A stretch of DNA of 30,707 nucleotides from a virus. The position numbers and the translations under genes are program-made. The DNA lies in the IMG/VR virus record IMGVR_UViG_3300045988_168250, positions 1-30,707 of that record. One strand, 5' to 3'. Each line of letters opens with the position of its first letter. The stretch's first letter is position 1. Below, in pieces: positions 23,323 through 30,707 of this stretch. The notes beneath the pieces were generated by a model. That model was given only the letters and a program-made list of their open reading frames with translations, had not been told where the DNA came from and made no database searches.

Positions 23323-24708
23323 CTATGCGGTGCGTGCCGTGGGGGCGAGGATTACCGGCATAGCCTTTTCGAGGTAGCCGGCCATGACCTCGTGAATCCC
23401 GTCGCCGGGGTGAAGACCGTCTCCATAATCGGCAGGCCGTAGGCCCAAATCCATGCGCCAGATACGGCGGGAGCCGCCGGGCGTAGCGCCAGCCTGTGAC
23501 ACGCACGGATTCCAGTCTACGACGCCACCGCTACCGAAAATGTGGGCAGGGTCACCCTTACGGATTAGCTTACCGCCGCCGTCCACGACCGCGCAGCGCA
23601 CAATGTCATCGCCGGTAGCGCCAGCTTCGACCACAGCCGACCAGTCGCGCTTCATGGGCGCGCCGTCGAGTAACCAGGCGTCCCATTTCAGGAAGCCGGG
23701 CACGTCAGATGCCGCGGTCTGTCCCTCCACGGTGCGCCAGCCGTCGCGGCTCGTGGTCTGCGGGGTGAGCGTTGATTTGACGATGCCCTGGATGCCGTCG
23801 CCGCGGAGCTTGCGCCAGTGCTCCATGCCGAGGCGCTGGTCTGCGCCATTGATGCCGAGCTCGTCAAAGCACATGGTCGCGGACTGCACGCTAGGACGGT
23901 ACAGCGTCTCGTAATCGCGGGTCGCGTGGACGTAATTACGGCCGCCGGTCGCATTTTTAGCCCAGGCGACACCAGCGGCGATAGCCCACCGCTGGACGTG
24001 CGAGCGGCTGAAATGCATAATCGAGTCACCCGTGAGCACCCACGCTGGCTTATCGGTCGGAGCCAGGATACGCGCCGGGCGAGCACCAGGAATCAAAGGC
24101 GTTTCGGCATTGTTGCCGCCGTTCATGTGGACGGCACCCCACGCCGCTTCGAAGGTATCACCGACGGCGTACCAGGAATCGACGCCTGGCAGGTAGCCGA
24201 CCTGGTCGCCCATAGGGCGGCCACCCTCCGGTGCGCCGGTGAAGCCGTACCAGGTGAGCACCTCGCCCGCATTTGCCGAGATAGGCAGCGGGTCGGTTTT
24301 CACGTGGACGATGCCGCCGCCCGGGGTGCCGGGCCGCTCCACACGCGCCGCCGGCTTGCCACCGCTGAACGTGACCGGGACGGGTGCATCATCACCGACC
24401 GCGACGGCGACGCGAATCTCCACGACACGCGCCACCTTGTCATTCATGAGCACGTCAAACTCGGCGACGGGGTTCGCGGTGTCCACCACCACAGGGATGT
24501 GTGCCGCGACCAGTGAGCCAGTCTCAGCGATCGAGGTGACCGGCAGATTCATGAACGCTCCGCCGCCGGCAATGTTCTTCACGGGGCCAGTAGGCGGGGT
24601 GACGGTGCGCTCCTTCTGCTCACCAAATCCCTTCACCGGCGACCACTTTGCCCCGTCCCAGAGCTTGGGCGTAATTTTACGCCCGGTCTGAACATCAATA
24701 ATCCGCAC
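23323..24708 (-). CDS. Minor tail protein with a C-terminal SGNH/GDSL hydrolase (esterase) domain, 461 aa. GTG start.
   Basis: GDS block VLTGDSIMHFS and block V DGLHPGDGIHEVMAGYL (DxxH). Large tail-region gene. Confidence 0.6.
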   Translation of the reverse strand: MRIIDVQTGRKITPKLWDGAKWSPVKGFGEQKERTVTPPTGPVKNIAGGGAFMNLPVTSIAETGSLVAAHIPVVVDTANPVAEFDVLMNDKVARVVEIRVAVAVGDDAPVPVTFSGGKPAARVERPGTPGGGIVHVKTDPLPISANAGEVLTWYGFTGAPEGGRPMGDQVGYLPGVDSWYAVGDTFEAAWGAVHMNGGNNAETPLIPGARPARILAPTDKPAWVLTGDSIMHFSRSHVQRWAIAAGVAWAKNATGGRNYVHATRDYETLYRPSVQSATMCFDELGINGADQRLGMEHWRKLRGDGIQGIVKSTLTPQTTSRDGWRTVEGQTAASDVPGFLKWDAWLLDGAPMKRDWSAVVEAGATGDDIVRCAVVDGGGKLIRKGDPAHIFGSGGVVDWNPCVSQAGATPGGSRRIWRMDLGLRPADYGDGLHPGDGIHEVMAGYLEKAMPVILAPTARTA

Positions 24709-24711
24709 TGG

Positions 24712-25881
24712 CTACGCTCCCGGTCCGCGCTTCAGAGCCGCCACAGCCGCCTTCATCCACTCAACGCTCTTAACCTCGTCCTTCGCGAAACCGAAGCCCG
24801 CGAGGCTCAGCGTCTCATTATCCAAGATGGACCACTCGATAAACTTGATGTGGTCGTTGCCAGAGTCCAGGCCAGCCCAGGGCACGGACGCGACCTCGAT
24901 ACCGTTGATGTAGCCGCGCATGGTGGTGCCGTCCCAGGTCACGGCCATCAGCATGGTCTCACCGTCAGCGACAGCAGGCGCAGCGGCGGCGTTCTTGGTC
25001 ACGCGGCCGCCGTTCGGACGCTCAAAATCGACACTGAAACCGGTGCCGGCACCGGCGGCAGTAGTGATAGCGAACCGCGGCATCTTTTCAGACCAGAGAC
25101 CGCCGAGGCGGACAATGTTCGCGGCCTTGCGGTTCACCTTGACTGCGAGAATCAGAGTGAAAGAGCGCATGGAATTGGGTGCGAAATTAGCGAAATGGTA
25201 CGATGCGCCGCTTGCCTTCGCGGCGGTAGTGCCAACACCAATACCCGGGACGCCCGGCACCAGGCGGTCGTTGTACCTGGAGACGAGGACCAACGGCGAG
25301 GTGCCGCGGTCCTTCGGCTTCTCAGCACCGGCCGCGTCATCAAAACGAATATAGCTGGTCAGGGGCAGCACCGCGTCATCAAACGGGATAACCTGCGACT
25401 CGAAAGTGAAAGCCCACGAGGCGACCGCGCCCACGGCGAACTTAGCGCCGCCCGCCGGCTCAGCAGTCACGGACACAGTCTTCGGGTAAGGCTCATCCAC
25501 GCGGCGCACACCGGCGGCGACCGGAGCGCCGTCCAGCTTGTAGGTCGCAAGCTTAGTGCTAGGAATTTCGACGGTCTTATCCTTCTGTGAGAAAACCGGC
25601 GCGGGCGGGGTGAAAGCGCCGGGGTTCGAGGTATCAAACCAAATGGTCTTTACCCCGAAGGTGGTCGGCGCCGGCTCATTCTCACCCACAACCAGGGCGT
25701 ACCCGAGAGCCTTAGCCACAGCCTCAGCGGTAGGGGTGACAGCCTTCAGCTCCTCCTTCGTGGCGAGCTTGGTCAAGTCAGCGGCGGGAGCCTCGCTCTT
25801 GATAAGATCCTTAATTTCCTGCTTCAGCACAGACGGGGCGTGCCCGTCAGGCAGCAGGCCCTTAATAATGTTCGCGGCCAT
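24712..25881 (-). CDS. Minor tail protein, possibly a receptor-binding or fibre protein, 389 aa.
   Basis: Position in the tail module. Gly/Ala/Thr-rich beta-type composition. Confidence 0.5.
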   Translation of the reverse strand: MAANIIKGLLPDGHAPSVLKQEIKDLIKSEAPAADLTKLATKEELKAVTPTAEAVAKALGYALVVGENEPAPTTFGVKTIWFDTSNPGAFTPPAPVFSQKDKTVEIPSTKLATYKLDGAPVAAGVRRVDEPYPKTVSVTAEPAGGAKFAVGAVASWAFTFESQVIPFDDAVLPLTSYIRFDDAAGAEKPKDRGTSPLVLVSRYNDRLVPGVPGIGVGTTAAKASGASYHFANFAPNSMRSFTLILAVKVNRKAANIVRLGGLWSEKMPRFAITTAAGAGTGFSVDFERPNGGRVTKNAAAAPAVADGETMLMAVTWDGTTMRGYINGIEVASVPWAGLDSGNDHIKFIEWSILDNETLSLAGFGFAKDEVKSVEWMKAAVAALKRGPGA

Positions 25882-25883
25882 GT

Positions 25884-26504
25884 CTAACCTTCTTTCGCTT
25901 CGTAGTTGCCGTCGCCCGTGTGAGCGATGGCGTAGCGTGCGCCCTCAAATTCGACCGCGTATCCACCATCCGAGACAGTGCGGACGGTAGCGGCAGGGAC
26001 GGCGTACCCACCGTCAGCGAGCGCCTGTACCTCCGGCTGTGCAGGTGCCGGGGTAGGCGGCACAGGCTCAGGCGTGGGGGTCGGTACCGGGGGTACCGGC
26101 ACGGGTTCAGGCTCAGGGACAGGGGGCTGAGGAACAGGAACCGGCTCCGGCACAGGCGCCGGCGGCGTGGGTTCAGGTTCCGGTGAGGGCGGTACCGGAG
26201 ACGGCTCAGGCTCAGGCGTAGGCACCGGCGAGGGGGCAGGCGCATCTGAGCCATCGACAATAATCACCGGCAAATCATAGCGTCGGTCGTCCACCACCAG
26301 CACGGGAGCCCAGCGGCCCGGCGAGAGGTGGACGCCTTCGATGACACCATCTATGATACGCGCTACCGCGACGCCGGGCACGATGATGACGGAGCCGCGG
26401 TCATGCACACCGCCAAGCCACACGTAGCGGATATGCCCGCACACGGGGGTGGTCTCAGCGTTCGCGCCGTAGGGGAGGACGGCGCGGCCAGTCACGAGGC
26501 TCAC
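25884..26504 (-). CDS. Minor tail protein with a long Pro-rich (PEP/PVP) linker, 206 aa.
   Basis: ORF 25884..26504. A central tract of about 75 aa of P-E/V/T repeats is encoded by repetitive DNA at 26040-26240. Confidence 0.5.
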   Translation of the reverse strand: MSLVTGRAVLPYGANAETTPVCGHIRYVWLGGVHDRGSVIIVPGVAVARIIDGVIEGVHLSPGRWAPVLVVDDRRYDLPVIIVDGSDAPAPSPVPTPEPEPSPVPPSPEPEPTPPAPVPEPVPVPQPPVPEPEPVPVPPVPTPTPEPVPPTPAPAQPEVQALADGGYAVPAATVRTVSDGGYAVEFEGARYAIAHTGDGNYEAKEG

Positions 26505-26752
26505 GCGACCACCTGCCAGTCACCATCAGCGCCCGCGTTCACAGCCACAGGCTCACCGAGGCCGGTCTGGACCCCCCACGAGCCATCGCTCTCATGGGTG
26601 GTGAAAATCCTTTCGCGCGCGTTGATGCGCGTCTGGAGCTCCACCAGCTTGGCGTCAATCACGCGGTATGCCGACTCATTGTCCTGCGCGACGCGTGCAG
26701 GGTCGCCCGGCTCCCTGTAGGGAATCCCCATGCCGGGGGTGGTATTAGCCAT
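26501..26752 (-). CDS. Small tail-module protein, about 83 aa. ATG 26752.
   Basis: Track ORF 26501..26794 trimmed to the Met just after the Tal stop. Confidence 0.4.
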   Translation of the reverse strand: MANTTPGMGIPYREPGDPARVAQDNESAYRVIDAKLVELQTRINARERIFTTHESDGSWGVQTGLGEPVAVNAGADGDWQVVA

Positions 26753-26756
26753 TATC

Positions 26757-28976
26757 CTAATCCGCCTTTCCAGGTAGTTTGTTGTACACATCACTGTAGG
26801 TCTTGCCGGCGGGGATAGCGCCGTAGGAGCCGTAGGCCTTCGCTAGGTCGCCGTAGGTCTTGCCGGCGCGGACATCCCGGAGCTGCTTCACGTGCATGTC
26901 GTAGCTCACAGAGGGGACCTTGCCAGCCCACGATTCGCGGTAGCCGGTGATGACGCAGTCCGCCTCCCACGTGGTGCCGTCCGAATCCTGCGCCTGCAGG
27001 GTGATAGAGTCGCCGATTTGCTTGCGGGGGTCCCACAGCATATCCAGGCCGTCAAAAGTGACCTTCTCGACGCCAATTTCAGCCGCGAGCGCCTTAGCGA
27101 CGCGCGACGCGTCCTCGGGGTGCAGCCACCAGCCAGAATCCAGCCGATACACCGGCCCCGTATGCGAGCCACTCGCGTGTTTGCGTTGGAACTTCGTCCA
27201 CGTGACCAGGGTTTTACAGCGGAGAATCGGCATGGGGATACCCCGGTTGCCGAAGCGCAATTCACCGACCGCAATAGACGGGGACGCCAGATAATATTTT
27301 TCGGGGCCTTTCGAGGTCTTTTTCTGCACGCGGAAAGTCATTTTGACCGTGCGCTGACCAAGCGTCTCAAGCTTCGCGCTGAGGTCCTCATGATTCGCCG
27401 CGTCACCAGTCCAGCGGTACCCCTCCGGCTCCTCCTGATTCTCAAAAACCATGCTCCACCAGGAACCTACACCGCGGTTGAAATCAGCCCAGGCGAAGAT
27501 TTTTCGCTTCGAGTTCACGAGCGGGCGCATGTCCGTGTCCAGCCCGTGGACATCCACCTCATCAGCCCATGAGTGGAAAATCTCAATGTATTTGTTGGGC
27601 TCCACCTCCTGAATGTTGTCAGGCTGGTAGGCGACCGTGGCCGGCCAATCAGAGCCGCCGCGGAAATTAGGTTCCACACCCTCCACGATGACACCGGAGC
27701 GTACACCGTCGCGTGCGGTTTTCCAGGCGCCGCCGAAAACGCGTTCACTGATTTTGTCCACGATAACCGGGGTCTGCGTGGCTAGGCGGTCACGCGCAGA
27801 CATGTTCAGGCGGCCCTCCTCGTCAATCCAGACAGTGCTCAGGGTTGCCGCCGCCCACTCGTCCACAATGTGCTCACAGGTCACATTCTCGAAGCCACGC
27901 GTCGCGGGGACACGCACCTGCTCCAGCGCGGACGGCTGTAGACGCGGCAGGGGGCGCGCCATCATCTCGACGCGGCGGCCGCCATCCTCCCAATCCGTGA
28001 GATAGTCCACCTTCACGCCGAGGGTAAGGTGCGCAGTGACGGACACCACCTCAATATTTGCGGGCACGGTGGTGTTGCGGAGCAGGGTAGACTCGCGTTC
28101 GCTCGTCCAGACACGGATACCCTGGCTATTGATTTTCACACACATTAGCGGGTAGGCGCCGTAAACCTTCAGCCCCGGCAGCAGACCGTGACGCGACGAC
28201 CAGCCGCCCACCGTCCCATCGGCGGAGTTGTAGGCCACCTTCAGCACTGAGCTGTCAGAGAAGGCCACCTCCACGGATGAATCCACATTCGGCGCGAAAG
28301 CGCGCGCGTAAATCATGATGTCGCGGCCATTGCGCGGCACGGCCGCGGCGTTGGTTTTCTGATCGCGGCGAGCCGTGGCGCCTAGCGGGGTGCCGTACTC
28401 TGCACCGGGGGTGACCATTTTGCCGATAGCCGCGAACGCCCCGTACTGGTGCGAGTTGTGCAGGCATGTGTCGTCCGTCACCTGAGGCAAAATGCCATAG
28501 CCGGCCTGCTCGACCGCGCGGTAGGCGACCCATGCGGAGCGGCCATATGCGGTGCCCTCAGCCATGGGCGGCACGCTAATCTGCTCCTGCAGGCCGCCCT
28601 GTAGCCCGTCGGTAATTTGGGTGGTCACAGTATCGTCGCGCAGGTGGTAGGTGGACGCGCCGAGGTACCCCCAAAATCGGGGGAATTCCACGCCATCCAC
28701 GACGGCGACGATGCGCACGTGCGCACCCTGGGTAGGCATCCACCGGGACTCACCGATAGGGGCAAGTGGGTGCCGAGTCACCGCGGACTCGGGCGCCCAC
28801 GTAATCGAGCCCGTGCGCGAGTACACGCCATCACCGGCAGCGACCAGAGACTCAGGCAACCCACCGGAGGTATTGCCATCCCACGACGCGGATGCATGGG
28901 GGCGCTCTACACCATCCACGAAAATGCGGAGGCCCGCATCAATGACCGGGCCGGGCTCGTATTGGCCCTTCAGCAT
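26757..28976 (-). CDS. Tal-like minor tail protein (tail-associated lysin / tail tip), 739 aa.
   Basis: Largest tail gene after the TMP and immediately downstream of Dit. Its size and position are those of the siphovirus Tal/gp21 class. Confidence 0.6.
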   Translation of the reverse strand: MLKGQYEPGPVIDAGLRIFVDGVERPHASASWDGNTSGGLPESLVAAGDGVYSRTGSITWAPESAVTRHPLAPIGESRWMPTQGAHVRIVAVVDGVEFPRFWGYLGASTYHLRDDTVTTQITDGLQGGLQEQISVPPMAEGTAYGRSAWVAYRAVEQAGYGILPQVTDDTCLHNSHQYGAFAAIGKMVTPGAEYGTPLGATARRDQKTNAAAVPRNGRDIMIYARAFAPNVDSSVEVAFSDSSVLKVAYNSADGTVGGWSSRHGLLPGLKVYGAYPLMCVKINSQGIRVWTSERESTLLRNTTVPANIEVVSVTAHLTLGVKVDYLTDWEDGGRRVEMMARPLPRLQPSALEQVRVPATRGFENVTCEHIVDEWAAATLSTVWIDEEGRLNMSARDRLATQTPVIVDKISERVFGGAWKTARDGVRSGVIVEGVEPNFRGGSDWPATVAYQPDNIQEVEPNKYIEIFHSWADEVDVHGLDTDMRPLVNSKRKIFAWADFNRGVGSWWSMVFENQEEPEGYRWTGDAANHEDLSAKLETLGQRTVKMTFRVQKKTSKGPEKYYLASPSIAVGELRFGNRGIPMPILRCKTLVTWTKFQRKHASGSHTGPVYRLDSGWWLHPEDASRVAKALAAEIGVEKVTFDGLDMLWDPRKQIGDSITLQAQDSDGTTWEADCVITGYRESWAGKVPSVSYDMHVKQLRDVRAGKTYGDLAKAYGSYGAIPAGKTYSDVYNKLPGKAD

Positions 28977-29758
28977 TAGCCTACCTCCCTAATTGTCAGC
29001 GAGAGTGTGCGCCACATCTCCCTCAGGTGAAATTCATAGCTCGTGTACGTGGTCTGCGCCTCCTCGATGATGACCGAGGCGGCACCAGCCCCCATGTCCC
29101 AGGGTACCGGCCCGGCAGTCCACGTGACTTGGGGGCGCGTCACAGTGGTGGAGCCGCGCGTCTGAATTTTCACCGCGCACGCCCCGAGCGGGAGCGCCGG
29201 CATGGTCACCGAGACACGCTCCATGAGCTCACCGGACGGCCGCGCAGTCACAGCCGGCCCGACCGGCTGGCCCGCCGCGTTCACCGGCTGGACCACCAGG
29301 ACACCGGCCGCGCCGGCCATGTCCACGGTCACCGTGACCGGCTCGCCCGGGATGCACGGGCACGCCTCCGCAATCGTGATAGGGCCACCACCAGTGCGGG
29401 AGCGTGCACCGGCACCGCCGGCGCCATCCGCTGCGCCTGCGTTAGCCACGCCCGAGAGCATCGACTCCGCCGGTGTCAGCACGTTAGTGACCGCCGCCTC
29501 ATCCGAGATGAATACCCAGGGGCCATCACCGAACGCGCCGGCCACCAGCTGAGCCAGCTCCGCGGTCTCCGCATTGGTGCCGGTCACTTCCAGAGACCAT
29601 TCGCGGCGGCGCGCAGAAGCTGGGGACGACACGAAAGCCCACCGGCGGGCCGGTGCAGACTGCACATCATATCGTGTGGGGTTCGTCACCTTCACAGGGG
29701 TCGGCCACAAGATTTTATACATCCTGCCCAGCTCACCAATGTATCCAGCCACTAGCAA
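28976..29758 (-). CDS. Dit-like distal tail protein, 260 aa. Start uncertain: TTG 29758, GTG 29752 or ATG 29722.
   Basis: First gene after the TMP stop on the same strand. Coupled to the Tal gene (TAATG overlap). Confidence 0.55.
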   Translation of the reverse strand: MLVAGYIGELGRMYKILWPTPVKVTNPTRYDVQSAPARRWAFVSSPASARRREWSLEVTGTNAETAELAQLVAGAFGDGPWVFISDEAAVTNVLTPAESMLSGVANAGAADGAGGAGARSRTGGGPITIAEACPCIPGEPVTVTVDMAGAAGVLVVQPVNAAGQPVGPAVTARPSGELMERVSVTMPALPLGACAVKIQTRGSTTVTRPQVTWTAGPVPWDMGAGAASVIIEEAQTTYTSYEFHLREMWRTLSLTIREVG

Positions 29759-30707
29759 ATCCTCTCTGCGCGGCGGGCCATCTGGAGGAAAGCCCGCTCG
29801 TCTACGGCTCCCAGGCGGGACAGCACGTCCACCAGCTGGGAGATAACCTCAGCGTCCAGGCCGCCGGCCTGCTGTGCGGGGGATGCCGCGGGGGCCGCCG
29901 GGACGGGGGTCGCCGGGACGACAGCCGACAGGTCCGCCGCCGGGGACAGATTGAAATCCATGCCGCCGAGCGCGAAGCTCGCAGCAGAAGCCAGCTGCCC
30001 GCGACCCTCCTCAATGCTGTTAGCAAAATCACCAATCAGCGCACGACCCGAGTAAGTCGTGTAGCCCCGGCCACTGAAGCGGCCGCGCTTAGCCGGCGAG
30101 TGCGGGAAGAAATCGCCAATCGCCTTCATGACTCCGCCGACCGCATCCGTCACGCCGCTGAGCATACTCTTGATTCCGTCGATGAATCCTCCGATGAGGG
30201 CCTTACCGGAGTCCACGAGCATGCCGCCAAGGTTGCCTAGGCCGTCCTTGATTTTCTGCGGCATGGACTTCACAAATTCGACCGCGGACCCGACGCCATC
30301 GCTAATCGCCTTGGTGATGCCGTTCCACGCGCCCACCACGAAATCGCCGATGCCATTCCAGAGGTTGTTCCAGATGTCCACCAGCATTTTCGCAAGGTTC
30401 TCGAAAATGTGCATGACAACATCGAAAGCGCCCGTGATGGTGTTCACAATGAAATCGAGAATCCCCTTCAGTACGTCGAGGATGCCATTCCAGGCGCCTT
30501 CCCAATCACCACGCAGAGCCGACAGGAAAACGTTCAGGATGCCTGTGATAATGTTCACAGCGTCCGAGATGACTTTGCCGATGAAACCGAAAATGTCCGA
30601 GACCGTTTTGCCGATAAATTCGAAAGCGGGAGAAAAAGTCTGGATGAGGAAAGCCACAATCGGGGCGAGGAAAGACACAATCTGCGCGGCAATCTCCACA
30701 ATGGTCG
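29752..30707 (-). CDS. Tape measure protein, C-terminal part. This is the same gene as 1..2102, wrapped. Stop TAG at 29754-29752.
   Basis: ORF 29752..30699 (MEIAAQIVSFLAP...) carries on the reading frame of the minus-strand ORF that leaves the window at position 1. The 40-bp terminal duplication proves the junction. Confidence 0.85.
   Translation of the reverse strand, partial: TIVEIAAQIVSFLAPIVAFLIQTFSPAFEFIGKTVSDIFGFIGKVISDAVNIITGILNVFLSALRGDWEGAWNGILDVLKGILDFIVNTITGAFDVVMHIFENLAKMLVDIWNNLWNGIGDFVVGAWNGITKAISDGVGSAVEFVKSMPQKIKDGLGNLGGMLVDSGKALIGGFIDGIKSMLSGVTDAVGGVMKAIGDFFPHSPAKRGRFSGRGYTTYSGRALIGDFANSIEEGRGQLASAASFALGGMDFNLSPAADLSAVVPATPVPAAPAASPAQQAGGLDAEVISQLVDVLSRLGAVDERAFLQMARRAERIC
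30668..30707. repeat. Exact 40-bp duplicate of window positions 1-40. This is the assembly overlap of a circular contig; the unit genome is 30,667 bp.
   Basis: Direct comparison shows aggaaagacacaatctgcgcggcaatctccacaatggtcg at both ends. Confidence 0.95.

Noticed and set aside
1-30707. Search for CRISPR arrays, tRNA genes, IS elements and attP/integrase
   Set aside because: There are no spaced repeat-spacer arrays. No tRNA-like GTTCRA T-loop and acceptor pairing was found by eye, including in 17300-17640. No transposase or recombinase motifs, and no terminal inverted repeats flanking a gene.

Overview
This window appears to be a complete, circularly permuted genome of a high-GC siphovirus-type phage, most likely an actinobacteriophage, of about 30,667 bp. 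Positions 1-40 are repeated exactly at 30668-30707, so the contig closes on itself and the tape measure gene wraps across the window ends. About 26 kb is one minus-strand block, listed here in transcription order. It opens with a replication-type module: an HTH initiator-like protein, an unknown, SSB and a RusA resolvase. A run of small accessory genes follows, including a lower-GC moron, a zinc-ribbon protein and an excisionase-like HTH protein. Next come an HNH endonuclease, small and large terminase, portal, MuF-like minor head protein, scaffold, major capsid and four head-tail joining proteins. The tail region has the major tail protein, tail chaperones G and G-T with a canonical -1 frameshift site G GGA AAA, the tape measure protein, Dit-like and Tal-like minor tail proteins, further minor tail proteins (one carrying an SGNH/GDSL esterase domain), an amidase endolysin and a holin. 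A 3.8 kb plus-strand block (17713-21452) converges on it. It encodes a small membrane protein, a YqaJ-like exonuclease with a RecT annealing protein, a very acidic small protein and unknowns. The divergent intergenic region 17100-17700 is dense with iteron-like direct repeats and perfect hairpins. Three promoters (13684-13713 minus, 17656-17685 plus, 20143-20171 plus) share one architecture, with the palindrome TGGCA-N4-TGCCA overlapping the -10, which suggests a common repressor or regulator. No integrase, repressor, polymerase, helicase, tRNA or CRISPR array was found. All functional calls come from motif recognition by eye; no database search was run.
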